Shown here: piece by piece, positions 46,639 through 58,578 of the stretch
How positions within the stretch are numbered: the first letter of the stretch is position 1
Layout of the letters: every line of letters begins with the position of its first letter
NCBI GenBank assembly: GCA_036541255.1
Contig: JAZHDD010000059.1
Span: 79,196 to 143,195, forward strand
Direction of reading: 5' to 3'
From: Desulfovibrionaceae bacterium
GTDB lineage: Bacteria; Desulfobacterota; Desulfovibrionia; Desulfovibrionales; Desulfovibrionaceae
DNA: 64,000 bases
The notes under the pieces: generated by a model
Databases searched by the model: none
What the model was told of the DNA's origin: nothing
Seen by the model: only the letters and a program-made list of their open reading frames with translations
Translations under genes and position numbers: made by a program

Positions 46639-47177
46639 TGGTAAGGATTTTTGTTGAAGCCGCTCTGCCTCCGGGGTTTCCGTTGAATCGCTCCGAGTTG
46701 AAGCCGTTGCTGACCACCATTCAGGAGAGCCTGGGCTTGGAAAGGGCGTCCTATAATTTGCGTCTTGTCAATGACGCGGAGATTGCCCGTCTCAATCAGC
46801 AATATTTAGGTTGCGTCGGCCCTACCAATGTGCTCAGTTTCCCTGCGGACGACGACACGGATGCGGAATGGCGGGATGCGTTGGACGATCTGCCTGGTGA
46901 ATTGCATGCGGCTTTGGAGAGTTTGCAGACGCAAGCGTTACCGGACAGTGGGCCGGACAGTTCGACGGAAGCGGAACTGGGCGGCATTGCCTTGTCCGTG
47001 GACACGTTGGTGCGGGAAGTTTTTCTATACGGCCAGGACCCCGCCGAACATCTCTCCCGGCTTCTCGCCCATGCCCTGCTGCATCTGTCAGGCCTGGATC
47101 ACAGCCCGGAAATGGACGCGCTGACAGAAGCCGCCGTAACCGCCGCCACGGAGCACGTCGCGGGCCGCACAGAATAA
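46638..47177 (+). CDS. ybeY: rRNA maturation endoribonuclease
   Basis: PTNVLSFP, HALLHLSGLDH; acidic insertion. Confidence 0.9.
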   Translation: MVRIFVEAALPPGFPLNRSELKPLLTTIQESLGLERASYNLRLVNDAEIARLNQQYLGCVGPTNVLSFPADDDTDAEWRDALDDLPGELHAALESLQTQALPDSGPDSSTEAELGGIALSVDTLVREVFLYGQDPAEHLSRLLAHALLHLSGLDHSPEMDALTEAAVTAATEHVAGRTE

Positions 47178-47269
47178 GCGATACGAGCCCCTGAGCATTG
47201 CTTTACATTCATGCCCGGCTAAGGCATGATTCTCACCTTTTCGTATCAGAGCAAAGATTATTCGGAGCC

Positions 47270-48172
47270 ATGAACATGACACACTTTCTGTCGATTTTGG
47301 ATATGTCCCGCGAGGATGCAGCCAAGGTGTTGCTCCGGGCCAAAAAAATCAAGCAGGACAAGGTTCGCAACGATTTTCTGGCCGGAAAGACTGTGGTGCT
47401 TATTTTTGAAAAAGCATCCACGCGAACTCGCGTTTCCTTTGAAGTGGGCGTCCGTCAGTTGGGCGGGCAGAGCCTGCTCATGACTCCTGCGGAATCGCAA
47501 TTGGGTCGAAGCGAACCCATCAAAGATACGGCACGCGTTTTGTCGCGCTATGTGGACGGGCTCGTGGTCCGCACCTTTGGCCAGGACGTGTTGGAAACTC
47601 TTGTGGAGTATGGCACCATCCCGGTGATCAATGCCTTGACGGACATGTATCATCCCTGTCAGGTCATGAGCGACGTGCTGACCATGCACGAGCGTACGCC
47701 GAACCTGGAACAGGTCAAGGTGGCCTGGGTTGGCGACGGTAACAATATGGCTCATTCCTTCATCAACGCCGCGGCCCGATTCCCGTTTTCGCTTTCCTTG
47801 GCCTGCCCCAAAGGCTACGAGCCCGATCCGCAGATCGTGGCCAGAGCCGTTGAACAGGGTGCCAGGATCGAGCTCAGCGATGATCCGCATAAGGCCGTGT
47901 CCGGTGCGCACTATGTGAATACCGATGTCTGGGCTTCCATGGGCCAGGAAGAAGAACAGAAATTGCGCGAGGCCGCTTTTGCCGGGTACGAGGTGAATGG
48001 CGCGCTCATGTCTTTGGCGGATCCTGCCTGCAAGTTCCTGCACTGCCTGCCCGCCCACCGGGGTGAGGAGGTCAGCGAGGAAGTGTTTGAAAGCGAGGCG
48101 TCCGTGGTTTTCGATCAAGCCGAGAATCGCCTGCACATGCAGAAGGCGATCATGGAATGGGCCTTTGTGTAA
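47270..48172 (+). CDS. argF: Ornithine carbamoyltransferase
   Basis: STRTR, HPCQ, GDGNN, SMG, HCLP. Confidence 0.96.
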   Translation: MNMTHFLSILDMSREDAAKVLLRAKKIKQDKVRNDFLAGKTVVLIFEKASTRTRVSFEVGVRQLGGQSLLMTPAESQLGRSEPIKDTARVLSRYVDGLVVRTFGQDVLETLVEYGTIPVINALTDMYHPCQVMSDVLTMHERTPNLEQVKVAWVGDGNNMAHSFINAAARFPFSLSLACPKGYEPDPQIVARAVEQGARIELSDDPHKAVSGAHYVNTDVWASMGQEEEQKLREAAFAGYEVNGALMSLADPACKFLHCLPAHRGEEVSEEVFESEASVVFDQAENRLHMQKAIMEWAFV

Positions 48173-48211
48173 GGCCGGTTATACAAATACTTTTTGAGGT
48201 AACATTACGCA

Positions 48212-49435
48212 ATGAGCAGCATCAAGAAGGTCGTTCTGGCCTATTCCGGCGGACTGGACACGTCCGTGATCCTGAAGTGGATCAAGAAGCACTACAATTG
48301 TGAAGTCGTCACTCTGACCGCGGACCTGGGACAGGGTGAGGAGTTGGACGGCATCGAAGAGAAAGCCCTGAAGACCGGTGCTTCCAAGGCCTATGTCGAG
48401 GACCTGCGCGAAGAGTTCGTGCGCGACTATATCTTTCCGGCTTTCCGGGCCAACGCCCTGTACGAGGGGCGGTATCTCATGGGTACTGCCATTGCCCGTC
48501 CCCTGATCGCCAAGCGCATGGTGGAGATAGCCAACATGGAAGGCGCTCAGGCCGTGGCGCACGGCGCAACGGGCAAGGGGAACGACCAAGTCCGTTTCGA
48601 GTTGGCCGCCATGGGACTGGAGCCCCGGCTCAAGACCATTGCCCCTTGGCGCGAATGGGACCTCAAGTCCCGTTCGGACCTGATGGCCTTTGCCGAGGCC
48701 AACGAAATTCCCATCCCGGTGAGCCGCCAGAAACCCTGGTCCATCGACGCCAACATGCTGCATATCAGTTTTGAAGGCGGGGAATTGGAAGATCCCTGGA
48801 ACGAGCCGGGTCCCGATTGCTTTCGGTTCACCCAGCCCGTGGAAAAGGCTCCGGATCAGGCCGAGATTTTGACCATCGACTTTGAGGCGGGCGATCCCGT
48901 GGCCCTCAATTCGGTCAAACACTCGCCTGCGGCCTTGCTACAGAAGCTCAACGAAATCGGCGGCAAGCACGGTATCGGCCGGGTGGACATGGTCGAGAAC
49001 CGTTTCGTGGGCATGAAGTCCCGCGGCGTTTACGAGACTCCGGGCGGCACGATTCTGCATGTGGCGCATCGTGATCTGGAAGGTCTGACCATGGACCGCG
49101 AGGTCATGCATCTGCGCGACAGCCTGATTCCCCGCTACGCTGAGATGATTTATTACGGCTACTGGTTCTCGCCCGAGCGGGAAGCTTTGCAGGCCATGAT
49201 CGACAAGAGCCAGGAGAAGGTGACGGGCACGGTACGGCTTAAGCTGTACAAGGGTAATGTCATTCCTCTTGGTCGTAAGTCGCCGTACTCCATGTATAAT
49301 ATGGACTTAGCCACCTTTGAGGAAGATGTGATCTACGACCAGACCGACGCCAACGGCTTTATCAAGCTCGTGGGCTTGCGGCTCAAGGGGCGCATGCAGC
49401 AGAGCAAATGGGGCGGTCGGGACACCGACGATTAA
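48212..49435 (+). CDS. argG: Argininosuccinate synthase
   Basis: [30 protein letters not shown]. Confidence 0.98.
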   Translation: MSSIKKVVLAYSGGLDTSVILKWIKKHYNCEVVTLTADLGQGEELDGIEEKALKTGASKAYVEDLREEFVRDYIFPAFRANALYEGRYLMGTAIARPLIAKRMVEIANMEGAQAVAHGATGKGNDQVRFELAAMGLEPRLKTIAPWREWDLKSRSDLMAFAEANEIPIPVSRQKPWSIDANMLHISFEGGELEDPWNEPGPDCFRFTQPVEKAPDQAEILTIDFEAGDPVALNSVKHSPAALLQKLNEIGGKHGIGRVDMVENRFVGMKSRGVYETPGGTILHVAHRDLEGLTMDREVMHLRDSLIPRYAEMIYYGYWFSPEREALQAMIDKSQEKVTGTVRLKLYKGNVIPLGRKSPYSMYNMDLATFEEDVIYDQTDANGFIKLVGLRLKGRMQQSKWGGRDTDD

Positions 49436-49449
49436 GGACGGATCAAGGC

Positions 49450-50847
49450 ATGGCGGAGAAAAAGCTCTGGGGCGGCAGGTTCAGCGAAGGGACCAAGGCT
49501 TCGGTGGAACAATACACCGAATCCATTTCCTTTGACTGGCGTCTTTTTCGCGAGGACATTGCTGGTTCGCAAGCCCATGCGCGAATGCTCGCCCGTCAGG
49601 GCGTGCTGACGCCGGAAGAGGGCGACGTCATCGTGCGTGGGCTCGACGAGGTCCGCAAGGAGATCGAGTCCGGCACCCTGCAGTGGAAAACCGAGCTTGA
49701 AGACGTGCATATGAACATAGAGGCGCGGCTGACCGAACTCATCGGGCCTCTGGGCGGCAAACTGCACACGGGCCGCAGTCGCAACGATCAGGTAGGCCTG
49801 GATTTTCGGTTGTACGTCGCCGGTCGTCTGGGACAATGGCGGAATCTGCTCGCCAAGCTTGTGGCCGTGCTCGTGGAGCGCGCTGCCGAGAACCGCGACG
49901 TGCTGCTGCCCGGATGTACGCATTTTCAGCCCGCCCAGCCCGTGAGCCTGGCCCAACACCTTTTGGCGTATGCCTGCATGTTCCGGCGCGACCATGAGCG
50001 TGTCGGGGATTGTCTGAAACGGGTTTGCGTCTCGCCCTTGGGGGCGGCCGCACTTGCCGGAACGACCTATCCTCTTGATCCGGCCTCGGTTGCTGCGGAA
50101 TTGGGTTTTGAGCGGGCTTTCGACAACAGCATGGACGCTGTGTCGGATCGGGATTACGCGGTTGAGTCGCTGTGTGCGGCCAGCCTGTGTATGGCTCATT
50201 TGAGTCGTCTTTGCGAAGAGTTGATTATTTGGGCCAATCCACAGTTTGGTTTTGTGCGTTTGCCCGATGCCTATTCTACGGGCTCGTCCATCATGCCCCA
50301 GAAGAAGAATCCGGACATCTGCGAACTCATGCGCGGCAAGACGGGGCGGGTATACGGCGCATTGGTCACGTTGCTGACCCTGATCAAGGGGCTGCCCATG
50401 ACCTACAACCGGGATTTGCAGGAAGATAAGGAACCGTTCTTTGATGCGGACGCTACATTGAGTGCCTCTCTTGACATCATGGCCGACATGCTTGCCGAGA
50501 TTGGTTTCGTGCCGACAGCCATGGAAGCGGCCCTGGATGCAGGATTTCTCAATGCCACGGAACTGGCTGACTATCTGGTCGGACGGGGCATGCCGTTCCG
50601 GCAGGCGCATCATGCTTCAGGGGCGTGCGTGGCCCTGGCCGAATCCCTGGGGTGCGGCCTGAGCGATCTCAGCGTGGAGCAGATGCGCAAGGCCGGGGCT
50701 GGTGTGGATGAGGACGTGTTTCTTGTCCTTTCGTATCGAACCTCTGTGGAGCGACGCGTTTCTCCCGGAAGCACCGGGCCGACATCCGTGGAGTCCCAGC
50801 TTTCCGCGCTGCGTTCTTGGCTGGTCAGCCTGGGAGTGGGAGAATGA
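49450..50847 (+). CDS. argH: Argininosuccinate lyase
   Basis: [36 protein letters not shown]. Confidence 0.97.
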   Translation: MAEKKLWGGRFSEGTKASVEQYTESISFDWRLFREDIAGSQAHARMLARQGVLTPEEGDVIVRGLDEVRKEIESGTLQWKTELEDVHMNIEARLTELIGPLGGKLHTGRSRNDQVGLDFRLYVAGRLGQWRNLLAKLVAVLVERAAENRDVLLPGCTHFQPAQPVSLAQHLLAYACMFRRDHERVGDCLKRVCVSPLGAAALAGTTYPLDPASVAAELGFERAFDNSMDAVSDRDYAVESLCAASLCMAHLSRLCEELIIWANPQFGFVRLPDAYSTGSSIMPQKKNPDICELMRGKTGRVYGALVTLLTLIKGLPMTYNRDLQEDKEPFFDADATLSASLDIMADMLAEIGFVPTAMEAALDAGFLNATELADYLVGRGMPFRQAHHASGACVALAESLGCGLSDLSVEQMRKAGAGVDEDVFLVLSYRTSVERRVSPGSTGPTSVESQLSALRSWLVSLGVGE

Positions 50848-51386
50848 TCCTTACCGAGAAGCATGTCCAAATCCTGAAGCATATTCAGGCGTATGCCAAT
50901 GTGAAGCGGTACCATGGCATGCTTCCGGAACGCGAGGCTCTGGCCTATGACGAACTTGTGCTGGACTCCCTCAAAGAGAATGGCTTGGTGGAGGAGGGCA
51001 TGATCATGACCTCCTGCGGGTCCAATCCCAAGGGGTATCGACTGTCCGACGGTGCGCGGGCGGAATTGGAAGCCTTTGGCATCGATTTTACAGATCGTGG
51101 ATGGGAAAAGGTCCGTAATGACGACAATGTGTCTATGGATCAACTTGATAAAGAACATATTGAAATGCTTCGGGATATTTACCATCTTTCCCGAGTCAGC
51201 AGGAATCATGGTGTGGCTCCCGGCGCCGTGCTCGACGACTACGAAAAACCATTGTTGCGTATGCTCTATGACATGGGCTACGTCTTTCACATCAAGCTGA
51301 AGGGCAAGAACGTAAAGCACGGTGACGGCTACGTGCTTTCGGACAAAGCCACACGACTGCTGCGGCAGATCGGGCTTGAAGGGTGA
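50844..51386 (+). CDS. Hypothetical protein with an internal tandem duplication (winged-helix-like)
   Basis: ATGA overlap with argH; two similar halves of about 80 aa. Confidence 0.75.
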   Translation: MILTEKHVQILKHIQAYANVKRYHGMLPEREALAYDELVLDSLKENGLVEEGMIMTSCGSNPKGYRLSDGARAELEAFGIDFTDRGWEKVRNDDNVSMDQLDKEHIEMLRDIYHLSRVSRNHGVAPGAVLDDYEKPLLRMLYDMGYVFHIKLKGKNVKHGDGYVLSDKATRLLRQIGLEG

Positions 51387-51429
51387 TACGGGAGTTTCCG
51401 CGGGGAATGCGACCGCTTGGTGGGGATGA

Positions 51430-51523
51430 TGGCGGAAGCGTATAGGAGTCGAACCTACCGCGGACGTTGCCGCCCGCCACTGGGTTTGAAGCCCAGGCGC
51501 CACACCGGTGACGAAACGCTTCC
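51430..51523 (-). tRNA. selC: tRNA-Sec (anticodon TCA)
   Basis: 94 nt; 8-bp acceptor GGAAGCGT/ACGCTTCC, 6-bp D stem with 4-nt loop, CTTCAAA anticodon loop, long variable arm GCGGGCG-GCAA-CGTCCGC, G discriminator + CCA. Confidence 0.96.
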
Positions 51524-51695
51524 ATAGTCGGAAATACTGGCTATCAGGTTTGTGCCCTACGCGCAAGAAACGTGAATCAAAGCTGCTCCCTCTTGTCTTT
51601 TTTCGCAGGAGGGTTACATTGTCATTCATTGGCCGTCCTTTGCGGCGCATATGCCGAGAGGCGCATCCGAACAGGCTCGATCCGGAGGAACAAGC

Positions 51696-53696
51696 TTGAA
51701 TAATTTCGGCAAGAATCTGCTCATCTGGGCGACGATTTCGATCATGATGGTCGTGTTGTTCAACCTTTTGAATCAGACCCAGACTCAGGACCAGCGTATT
51801 CCCTACAGCGATTTTCTTATTCGCGTGGAATCGGGTGGTGTGGATTCCGTGCTCATACAGGGCCGGGAAATCAACGGCGTGACCGGGTCGGGAGAAAAAT
51901 TCACGACCTTCTCCCCGGACGACCCCAAGCTTGTGGAAAAATTGGTCGGGAACAATGTCCGTATCATGGCCGAGCCTCCTGAGGATGCTCCATGGTATAT
52001 GACGCTTTTGGTGTCCTGGTTCCCCATGCTTCTGCTCATCGGCGTCTGGGTGTTCTTCATGCGCCAGATGCAGGGCGGAGGCTCCGGCGGGCGTGGGGCC
52101 ATGTCCTTTGGTCGCTCCAAGGCCCGGCTTATCAACGAGGAGATGACCAAGGTCACCTTTGAAGATGTTGCCGGTGTGGACGAGGCCAAGGAAGAACTTT
52201 CGGAAGTCGTGGATTTCCTGCGCGAACCCCGCCGTTTTACACGGTTGGGAGGGCGGATTCCCAAAGGTGTACTTTTGGTCGGCCCTCCGGGCACCGGTAA
52301 GACACTGTTGGCTCGTGCCGTGGCAGGCGAGGCAGGAGTTCCGTTTTTTTCCATTTCGGGTTCGGATTTTGTTGAAATGTTCGTGGGTGTGGGCGCTTCG
52401 CGCGTGCGCGATCTTTTTGCTCAGGGCAAAAAAAATGCTCCCTGCCTGATCTTCATCGACGAAATTGACGCCGTGGGCCGCCAACGTGGGGCCGGCCTGG
52501 GCGGCGGGCATGACGAGCGCGAACAGACCTTGAACCAGCTTCTCGTGGAAATGGACGGTTTCGAGTCCAACGAGGGCGTTATTCTGGTGGCGGCCACCAA
52601 CCGGCCGGACGTTCTTGATCCGGCGTTGTTGCGGCCTGGTCGTTTCGACCGTCAAGTGGTTGTCCCGACTCCGGACGTGCGCGGCCGTGAGCGTATCCTC
52701 AAGGTGCACACCCGCCGGGTCCCTCTGGCCAAGGATGTGGACCTGGGAGCCATTGCACGCGGCACGCCCGGTTTCTCCGGTGCCGACCTGGAAAACCTAG
52801 TCAACGAGGCTGCGCTCTATGCGGCCAAGATGAATCAGGAATCCGTGGAGAACAAGGATTTCGAGGAAGCCAAGGACAAGGTGCTCATGGGCAAGGAACG
52901 CCGGAGTGTCATCCTCAGCGAGCAGGAAAAGACCACTACGGCTTATCATGAAGCGGGTCATGCCCTGGTGGCCAAACTCCTGCCCGGTACCGACCCGGTG
53001 CACAAGGTCTCCATCATTCCGCGCGGCATGGCTTTGGGCGTGACCCAGCAATTGCCCGTGGACGATCGTCACAACTATTCCAAAGACTATCTTGAAAATC
53101 AGCTGACGATGCTGCTTGGCGGCAGAGTGGCCGAGGAACTCGCCCTGAATCAGATGACCACGGGCGCGTCCAACGATATCGAGCGGGCCACAAAGCTTGC
53201 CCGCAGCATGGTCTGTCAATGGGGCATGAGCGAAAAACTCGGTCCTCTTTCTTTTGGCGACAATCAGGAACAGGTTTTCCTGGGCAAAGAGCTGGTGCAT
53301 AATCGCAATTTCGGTGAGGAGACCGCACGGACCATTGACGAGGAAGTGCGGCGGATCATCGACACGGCTCATGAGAATGCGCGGAAGCTGGTGTCTGAAA
53401 ATCGTGAACACCTTGACCGCATCGCTGCGGCCTTGCTGGAACGTGAGACCATCAGCGGTGCTGACATTGACCTGCTTTTGGCTGGCGAAGAGTTGCCCCC
53501 ACAGAATTCCAATGGCGGTTCGGATGATCCGACCGGCAATGGATCAGAGGGGGAAGGTTCCGGGCCGGGATATGCCCCGGTAGAGGAATCCGCCGCGGGA
53601 ACGAAAAGCGCCGATGCGGGAGACGATGAATTTACCCTGGAAGAATCCGAAGAATCGGATGGGACCCGGGGTGACGGCGGACGCAACCTGCAATAG
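51696..53696 (+). CDS. ftsH: ATP-dependent zinc metalloprotease FtsH
   Basis: Two TMs, [21 protein letters not shown]; GGAGG before TTG. Confidence 0.97.
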   Translation: MNNFGKNLLIWATISIMMVVLFNLLNQTQTQDQRIPYSDFLIRVESGGVDSVLIQGREINGVTGSGEKFTTFSPDDPKLVEKLVGNNVRIMAEPPEDAPWYMTLLVSWFPMLLLIGVWVFFMRQMQGGGSGGRGAMSFGRSKARLINEEMTKVTFEDVAGVDEAKEELSEVVDFLREPRRFTRLGGRIPKGVLLVGPPGTGKTLLARAVAGEAGVPFFSISGSDFVEMFVGVGASRVRDLFAQGKKNAPCLIFIDEIDAVGRQRGAGLGGGHDEREQTLNQLLVEMDGFESNEGVILVAATNRPDVLDPALLRPGRFDRQVVVPTPDVRGRERILKVHTRRVPLAKDVDLGAIARGTPGFSGADLENLVNEAALYAAKMNQESVENKDFEEAKDKVLMGKERRSVILSEQEKTTTAYHEAGHALVAKLLPGTDPVHKVSIIPRGMALGVTQQLPVDDRHNYSKDYLENQLTMLLGGRVAEELALNQMTTGASNDIERATKLARSMVCQWGMSEKLGPLSFGDNQEQVFLGKELVHNRNFGEETARTIDEEVRRIIDTAHENARKLVSENREHLDRIAAALLERETISGADIDLLLAGEELPPQNSNGGSDDPTGNGSEGEGSGPGYAPVEESAAGTKSADAGDDEFTLEESEESDGTRGDGGRNLQ

Positions 53697-53711
53697 GATG
53701 GCACTGGGCGC

Positions 53712-54575
53712 ATGCAACAGCACGCATGGAAAATAGGAAGGGGCAAGGTCCTTGGGCCTGCCCCTTTTTTCATTGCCGGTGTGGTCAATGTCACGCCAGA
53801 TTCATTTTATGATGGCGGAAAATGTGCAGCCACAGAGGACGCTGTACGCCATGGCCGTGTATTGGCAGGGCAGGGTGCGCATATTCTGGACATTGGCGGT
53901 GAAAGCACCCGGCCCTTTGCCGAGCCCGTGAGCGAAGCCGAGGAATTGCGCCGGGTGATCCCGGTAGTCCGGGAGTTGGCGAAAAATGTCGACGGAGGAC
54001 TTTCCATTGATGACAGCGGCCCTGTCGTTTCGGTGGATACGACCAAGGCAGAGGTGGCGCGGCAGGCGCTTCAGGCCGGAGCTCTCATCGTCAACGATGT
54101 CTCGGCCTGCCGTTTCGACCCCGCGCTGTTGGACGTGCTTGTGGAATACCAGCCCGGCTATGTGCTCATGCATACGCAGGGTGGTCCCAGGAATATGCAG
54201 CGCGACCCCAAGTATGCGGACGTGGTTTCCGAGGTCAGCGCTTTTTTTGAAGAACAGTTGGGCCTGCTTACAGAAGCAGGGCTCAAGGAATCGCGGATCG
54301 TGCTTGATCCTGGTATAGGCTTCGGCAAGACTTTGGAGCACAACCTCGCCATTCTTCAGCATATTGACCGGTTCAGGGCCTTTGGGCTACCTGTGTACGT
54401 GGGATTGTCAAACAAGTCGCTCTGGGGCGGCCTGCTTGGATTGGGTGTGGACTCGAGACAGGAGGCCACTGTGGTGGCGACAGCCCTGATGGCCGCCAAA
54501 GGCGTGGCCATACACCGGGTTCATGACGTGTCTGCGGCGGATCAGGCCTTGAAAATCGTACAAGCCATTGCGTGA
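53712..54575 (+). CDS. folP: Dihydropteroate synthase
   Basis: NVTPDSFYDGG, GGESTRP, DPGIGFGK, RVHDV. Confidence 0.96.
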   Translation: MQQHAWKIGRGKVLGPAPFFIAGVVNVTPDSFYDGGKCAATEDAVRHGRVLAGQGAHILDIGGESTRPFAEPVSEAEELRRVIPVVRELAKNVDGGLSIDDSGPVVSVDTTKAEVARQALQAGALIVNDVSACRFDPALLDVLVEYQPGYVLMHTQGGPRNMQRDPKYADVVSEVSAFFEEQLGLLTEAGLKESRIVLDPGIGFGKTLEHNLAILQHIDRFRAFGLPVYVGLSNKSLWGGLLGLGVDSRQEATVVATALMAAKGVAIHRVHDVSAADQALKIVQAIA

Positions 54576-54581
54576 GCCTGA

Positions 54582-55331
54582 ATGATAGAACTGCTCGGAC
54601 TCCAGATTGCGTGGCGTGACATCATCGACATCGCCATCGTGACCATTGTGTACTACCAGCTTATCCTGTTGGTGCGCGGCACTCGCGCCGTGGCCGTGAT
54701 CTACGGTCTGATGCTGCTCCTGGTCGTGTACTGGGTTTCGGATGAACTCGGTATCTTCACGGTCAACTGGCTGCTGACAAATTTCCTAGGTTCTTTCTTT
54801 CTTGTTATCATCATTCTCTTTCGCAACGATATCCGCAAGGCATTGGCCCAGATCGGCGTGGGACGATTCTGGAGGCGTACTCCGGTCGAGGAACAGAGCC
54901 TGAACGAGATCGTGTTGGCTATTCTGACCATGGCCCGCAAACGCACCGGAGCGCTCATCGTTGTGGAACGCGCCGTTCCCCTGGGAGACATTGTGGAACG
55001 CGGTATCGAAGTGGACGCACGTATCTCCAAGGAACTTTTATTGAATATTTTCAAGACGGATACGCCTCTGCACGACGGCGCCGTGGTCATTCGCGGCGGG
55101 CGGCTCGCCGCTGCGGCCTGCATCCTGCCGCTTTCCTCCAAATTCAAGGGGCAGACTATTTTTGGTACGCGCCATAGGGCGGCCCTGGGCATCAGTGAAG
55201 AGTCCGACGCCGTCACCATCGTTGTTTCCGAGGAAACAGGGGACGTCTCCATTGCCATGAATGGTCGTCTGACCACCAGCCTGGACGAGCTGCGTTTGCG
55301 GCGCGTGCTGAAGAACGTGACGGAGCGCTAA
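54582..55331 (+). CDS. cdaA: Diadenylate cyclase CdaA
   Basis: 3 N-terminal TMs, LHDGA and GTRHRAA catalytic motifs. Confidence 0.93.
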   Translation: MIELLGLQIAWRDIIDIAIVTIVYYQLILLVRGTRAVAVIYGLMLLLVVYWVSDELGIFTVNWLLTNFLGSFFLVIIILFRNDIRKALAQIGVGRFWRRTPVEEQSLNEIVLAILTMARKRTGALIVVERAVPLGDIVERGIEVDARISKELLLNIFKTDTPLHDGAVVIRGGRLAAAACILPLSSKFKGQTIFGTRHRAALGISEESDAVTIVVSEETGDVSIAMNGRLTTSLDELRLRRVLKNVTER

Positions 55332-55333
55332 TC

Positions 55334-56251
55334 ATGACGATCCGTTGGCAGACCGCACTTGTCGCCTTTCTCCTGGCCGTTTCCACCTGGTACCTCGTGA
55401 CCGGGCGTGAAAAGGTGGACACCTGGATTCCCATGGCCGTTGAGATGACCAACACCCCAGAGGGGCTCGTGATTCAAAAGGGCCTGGTCAAGCGGGTGGA
55501 GGTGCGCGTACGCGGCCCCAAGGGGATGATCAGCACCATGGATTTGAACAAGCTGGCCTACCCGCTGGATGTCAGCTCCCTCAAGGTCGGAGAGAATCTC
55601 ATTGATCTTGACGGCGGCAAGGTGCCTATTTCCCGCGCGTTCGAGGTCATGGAGATCAAACCGGACAGGCTCATCCTGACCGTGGACCGCGAGGCCGTGA
55701 AAACCGTCCCCGTCGTAGTTGATTGGACGGGGAGGGACAACCTGCATCGCGACTTGGAATTGGTGGAGCTCAAGGCCACGCCGTCCTTTGTCGAATTGCA
55801 TGGCCCGTCGAGCGAATTGAAGAAAATCGACGAAGCACAGGTCCGTATGGACACGGCGTTTGACGACGAACTGGCCCGGACCTGGAGCGAGGATCTTCCT
55901 GTACTCCTGCCCGAGTCCATCAAGGCGCAGCCGGGGTTGGTGCGTGTCGATCTGCGCATAGGACCAAAGACGCAGCGCATCGTGGTCAAGATACGCAGCA
56001 TTGAAGTGGAACCTCCGGCAGGACTGGAAATCAAGATAGCGGACAATCTCGTCACGCTGGACATCGAAGGTCCGGTGGCGCTGTTCCGCAATGATAAATT
56101 CCGCAACGAAATTGCGGCGTATCCCAAGGTGGACCCGGACCTGCAGCCGGGCAAGCATGAACTGGATTATTGGGTCAGCCTGCCGCAGGGATGCCGGCTG
56201 ATTGAAAAGACACCGGAAAAGCTCTCCGCAGTGGTACGGGTCAAGCAGTGA
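55334..56251 (+). CDS. cdaR: YbbR/CdaR family protein
   Basis: N-terminal TM, repeated V.V.GP beta-rich domains, located between cdaA and glmM. Confidence 0.85.
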   Translation: MTIRWQTALVAFLLAVSTWYLVTGREKVDTWIPMAVEMTNTPEGLVIQKGLVKRVEVRVRGPKGMISTMDLNKLAYPLDVSSLKVGENLIDLDGGKVPISRAFEVMEIKPDRLILTVDREAVKTVPVVVDWTGRDNLHRDLELVELKATPSFVELHGPSSELKKIDEAQVRMDTAFDDELARTWSEDLPVLLPESIKAQPGLVRVDLRIGPKTQRIVVKIRSIEVEPPAGLEIKIADNLVTLDIEGPVALFRNDKFRNEIAAYPKVDPDLQPGKHELDYWVSLPQGCRLIEKTPEKLSAVVRVKQ

Positions 56252-56282
56252 CCTGTATCGGCGGTCAGGGCTGGAGCAATGG

Positions 56283-57635
56283 ATGAATAAACGGCTTTTC
56301 GGCACGGACGGCCTACGCGGCCAGGTGAATCTGTTTCCCATGACGCCGGAGATCGCACTCCGGCTCGGACTTGCAGCCGGACAGTATTTCCGGAACGGAA
56401 GCAAGCGTCACAAGGTTGTCATCGGCAAGGATACCCGTCTTTCGGGCTATGTCTTTGAGACGGCACTGACCTCGGGCTTCTGCGCCACGGGCATGGACGT
56501 CTATCTGGTGGGGCCCTTGCCCACCCCGGCCATTTCCTTTTTGACGCGCAACATGCGTGCCGATTTGGGAGTGGTGATTTCCGCGTCGCACAATCCCTTC
56601 AGCGACAACGGCATCAAGTTTTTCGACCGAATGGGCTTCAAGCTTCCGGACAAGGCCGAAGAGGAGATCACGGAAATGGTCCTTTCCTCGGATTCCAAGT
56701 GGAGTTTCCCGGCTCCGGAAGATGTGGGGCGCGCCAAGCGCATTGTCGACGCCAACGGCCGTTACATCGTCTATTTGAAGAACAGTTTCCCGCAGCATCT
56801 GACCTTGGACGGCCTGAAAATCGTCCTGGACTGCGCCAATGGCGCGTCCTATGGCGTTGCGCCCATGATTCTGCGCGAACTTGGGGCGGAAGTCGTTACC
56901 TTGTCCTGTGATCCTGATGGCCTGAATATCAACGAGAAATGCGGATCACTCTATCCCGAGGTGATTTCCCGCACTGTTGTCGAGGAAGGCGCGGACATTG
57001 GTCTGGCCCTGGATGGCGATGCGGACAGGCTCATCGTCGTGGATGAAAAGGGGCGCATTCTGGACGGTGATCAGATCATGGCGCTGTGCGCTCAGGATTT
57101 GATCGACCGGGATGAACTCGCCGCCAATATGTTGGTGGCCACGGTCATGAGCAATATGGCCTTGGAGATATTCATGCAGGAGCGGGGATGCCGCCTGCTG
57201 CGCACTCCTGTGGGCGATCGGTACGTGGTGGAAGCCATGCGCCGTGAAGGCGCGGTGCTTGGAGGGGAACAATCCGGCCATTTGATCTTTATGAATTATA
57301 CGACCACGGGCGACGGATTGCTTGCTGCGCTGCAGCTCATGCGTATTATGGTAGAAAAGCAGCGTCCGTTGTCCGAATTGTCCCATTTGCTGACACCGTT
57401 CCCGCAGATGCTGAAAAATGTCCACGTGGAGCGGAAGATTCCTTTTGAACAGGCTCCGGCTGTCCAGGAGGCCGTACGGCAGGCCGAGTTGGAATTGGCA
57501 GGCAAGGGGCGGGTGCTGCTGCGGTATTCCGGAACCGAACCTGTTGCCCGTGTCATGGTTGAAGGCGAGAACCAGGCAAAAGTGGAGTCGCTGACCGATC
57601 GTCTCTGTGAAGTGTTGAAGCAACATCTGCGCTGA
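56283..57635 (+). CDS. glmM: Phosphoglucosamine mutase
   Basis: [37 protein letters not shown]. Confidence 0.96.
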   Translation: MNKRLFGTDGLRGQVNLFPMTPEIALRLGLAAGQYFRNGSKRHKVVIGKDTRLSGYVFETALTSGFCATGMDVYLVGPLPTPAISFLTRNMRADLGVVISASHNPFSDNGIKFFDRMGFKLPDKAEEEITEMVLSSDSKWSFPAPEDVGRAKRIVDANGRYIVYLKNSFPQHLTLDGLKIVLDCANGASYGVAPMILRELGAEVVTLSCDPDGLNINEKCGSLYPEVISRTVVEEGADIGLALDGDADRLIVVDEKGRILDGDQIMALCAQDLIDRDELAANMLVATVMSNMALEIFMQERGCRLLRTPVGDRYVVEAMRREGAVLGGEQSGHLIFMNYTTTGDGLLAALQLMRIMVEKQRPLSELSHLLTPFPQMLKNVHVERKIPFEQAPAVQEAVRQAELELAGKGRVLLRYSGTEPVARVMVEGENQAKVESLTDRLCEVLKQHLR

Positions 57636-57664
57636 TTCGCAACCCGGCGAAAAAGGAGAGCTTG

Positions 57665-58537
57665 ATGCACATCAAGAAGGTGGTCATTCCCGTGGCGGGC
57701 TGGGGCACCCGGTCTCTTCCGGCTACGAAGAACATCCCCAAGGAAATGCTTCCGGTCTACCGCAAGCCCGTTGTTCAATACATCGTGGAAGAGGGTATTC
57801 AGGCTGGGTTGGAAGATGTGGTGTTCGTCACAAACCAGAACAAGAAGATCATTGAGGATCATTTCGATCGCAGCTTCCTTTTGGAGAATCTCCTGGAGCG
57901 CGCCGGCAAACTGGACTTGTTGGCCGAAGTGCGTGCCGTTGCCGACATGGTCAACGTCATTGCCGTACGCCAGAAGGAACAACTCGGCCTCGGGCATGCC
58001 GTGCTGTGCGCACGTGAAGTGTGCAAGAACGAACCTTTTGCGGTCATGCTCGGCGACGACATGATCTTCGGCAAGGGAGCAGGTATTTCCCAGCTCATCG
58101 AAGCGGCCGAAACCGAGAATGCCGCGGTGGTGGGCGTGATCGAAGTTCCGGATGAAAAGGTCCACAAGTACGGCATTATCCAGGGCGAGGAATTTGCTCC
58201 GGGCATGTTCCGCGTTTCCAAGCTGGTGGAAAAACCCAAGCTGGAAGAAGCGCCTTCGCGCATGGCCATTATTGGACGCTATGTGCTGCTGCCGGAAATT
58301 TTCGACATTCTGGAACACCAGGATGCGGGCGTGGGCGGGGAAATTCAGCTCACGGACGCCTTGCAGGGATTGGCGGACAGAGGCAAGCTTATAGCCGTGA
58401 AAATCAATGGTCGTCGTTTCGACGCAGGCGACTGGGTGGAATATCTTACGGCGAACATCTATTTTGCCTTGCAGGACGACGCCCTGCATGACGACATTTC
58501 CGCACGTCTCCGCGAACTTCTTCCCCCGCGCAAATAG
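57665..58537 (+). CDS. galU: UTP-glucose-1-phosphate uridylyltransferase
   Basis: PVAGWGTR.LPATK..PKEM, GLGHA, VEKP, GEIQLTD. Confidence 0.95.
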   Translation: MHIKKVVIPVAGWGTRSLPATKNIPKEMLPVYRKPVVQYIVEEGIQAGLEDVVFVTNQNKKIIEDHFDRSFLLENLLERAGKLDLLAEVRAVADMVNVIAVRQKEQLGLGHAVLCAREVCKNEPFAVMLGDDMIFGKGAGISQLIEAAETENAAVVGVIEVPDEKVHKYGIIQGEEFAPGMFRVSKLVEKPKLEEAPSRMAIIGRYVLLPEIFDILEHQDAGVGGEIQLTDALQGLADRGKLIAVKINGRRFDAGDWVEYLTANIYFALQDDALHDDISARLRELLPPRK

Positions 58538-58578
58538 CTGAAATGACCGGCGGTCCGGAAACGGGCCGCCGCTGCACC

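Noticed and set aside
56249-56270. cdaR TGA stop followed by a hairpin as possible Sec readthrough
   Set aside because: The hairpin includes the TGA itself, its loop is too close for a SECIS, there is no redox motif, and the protein is already full length.
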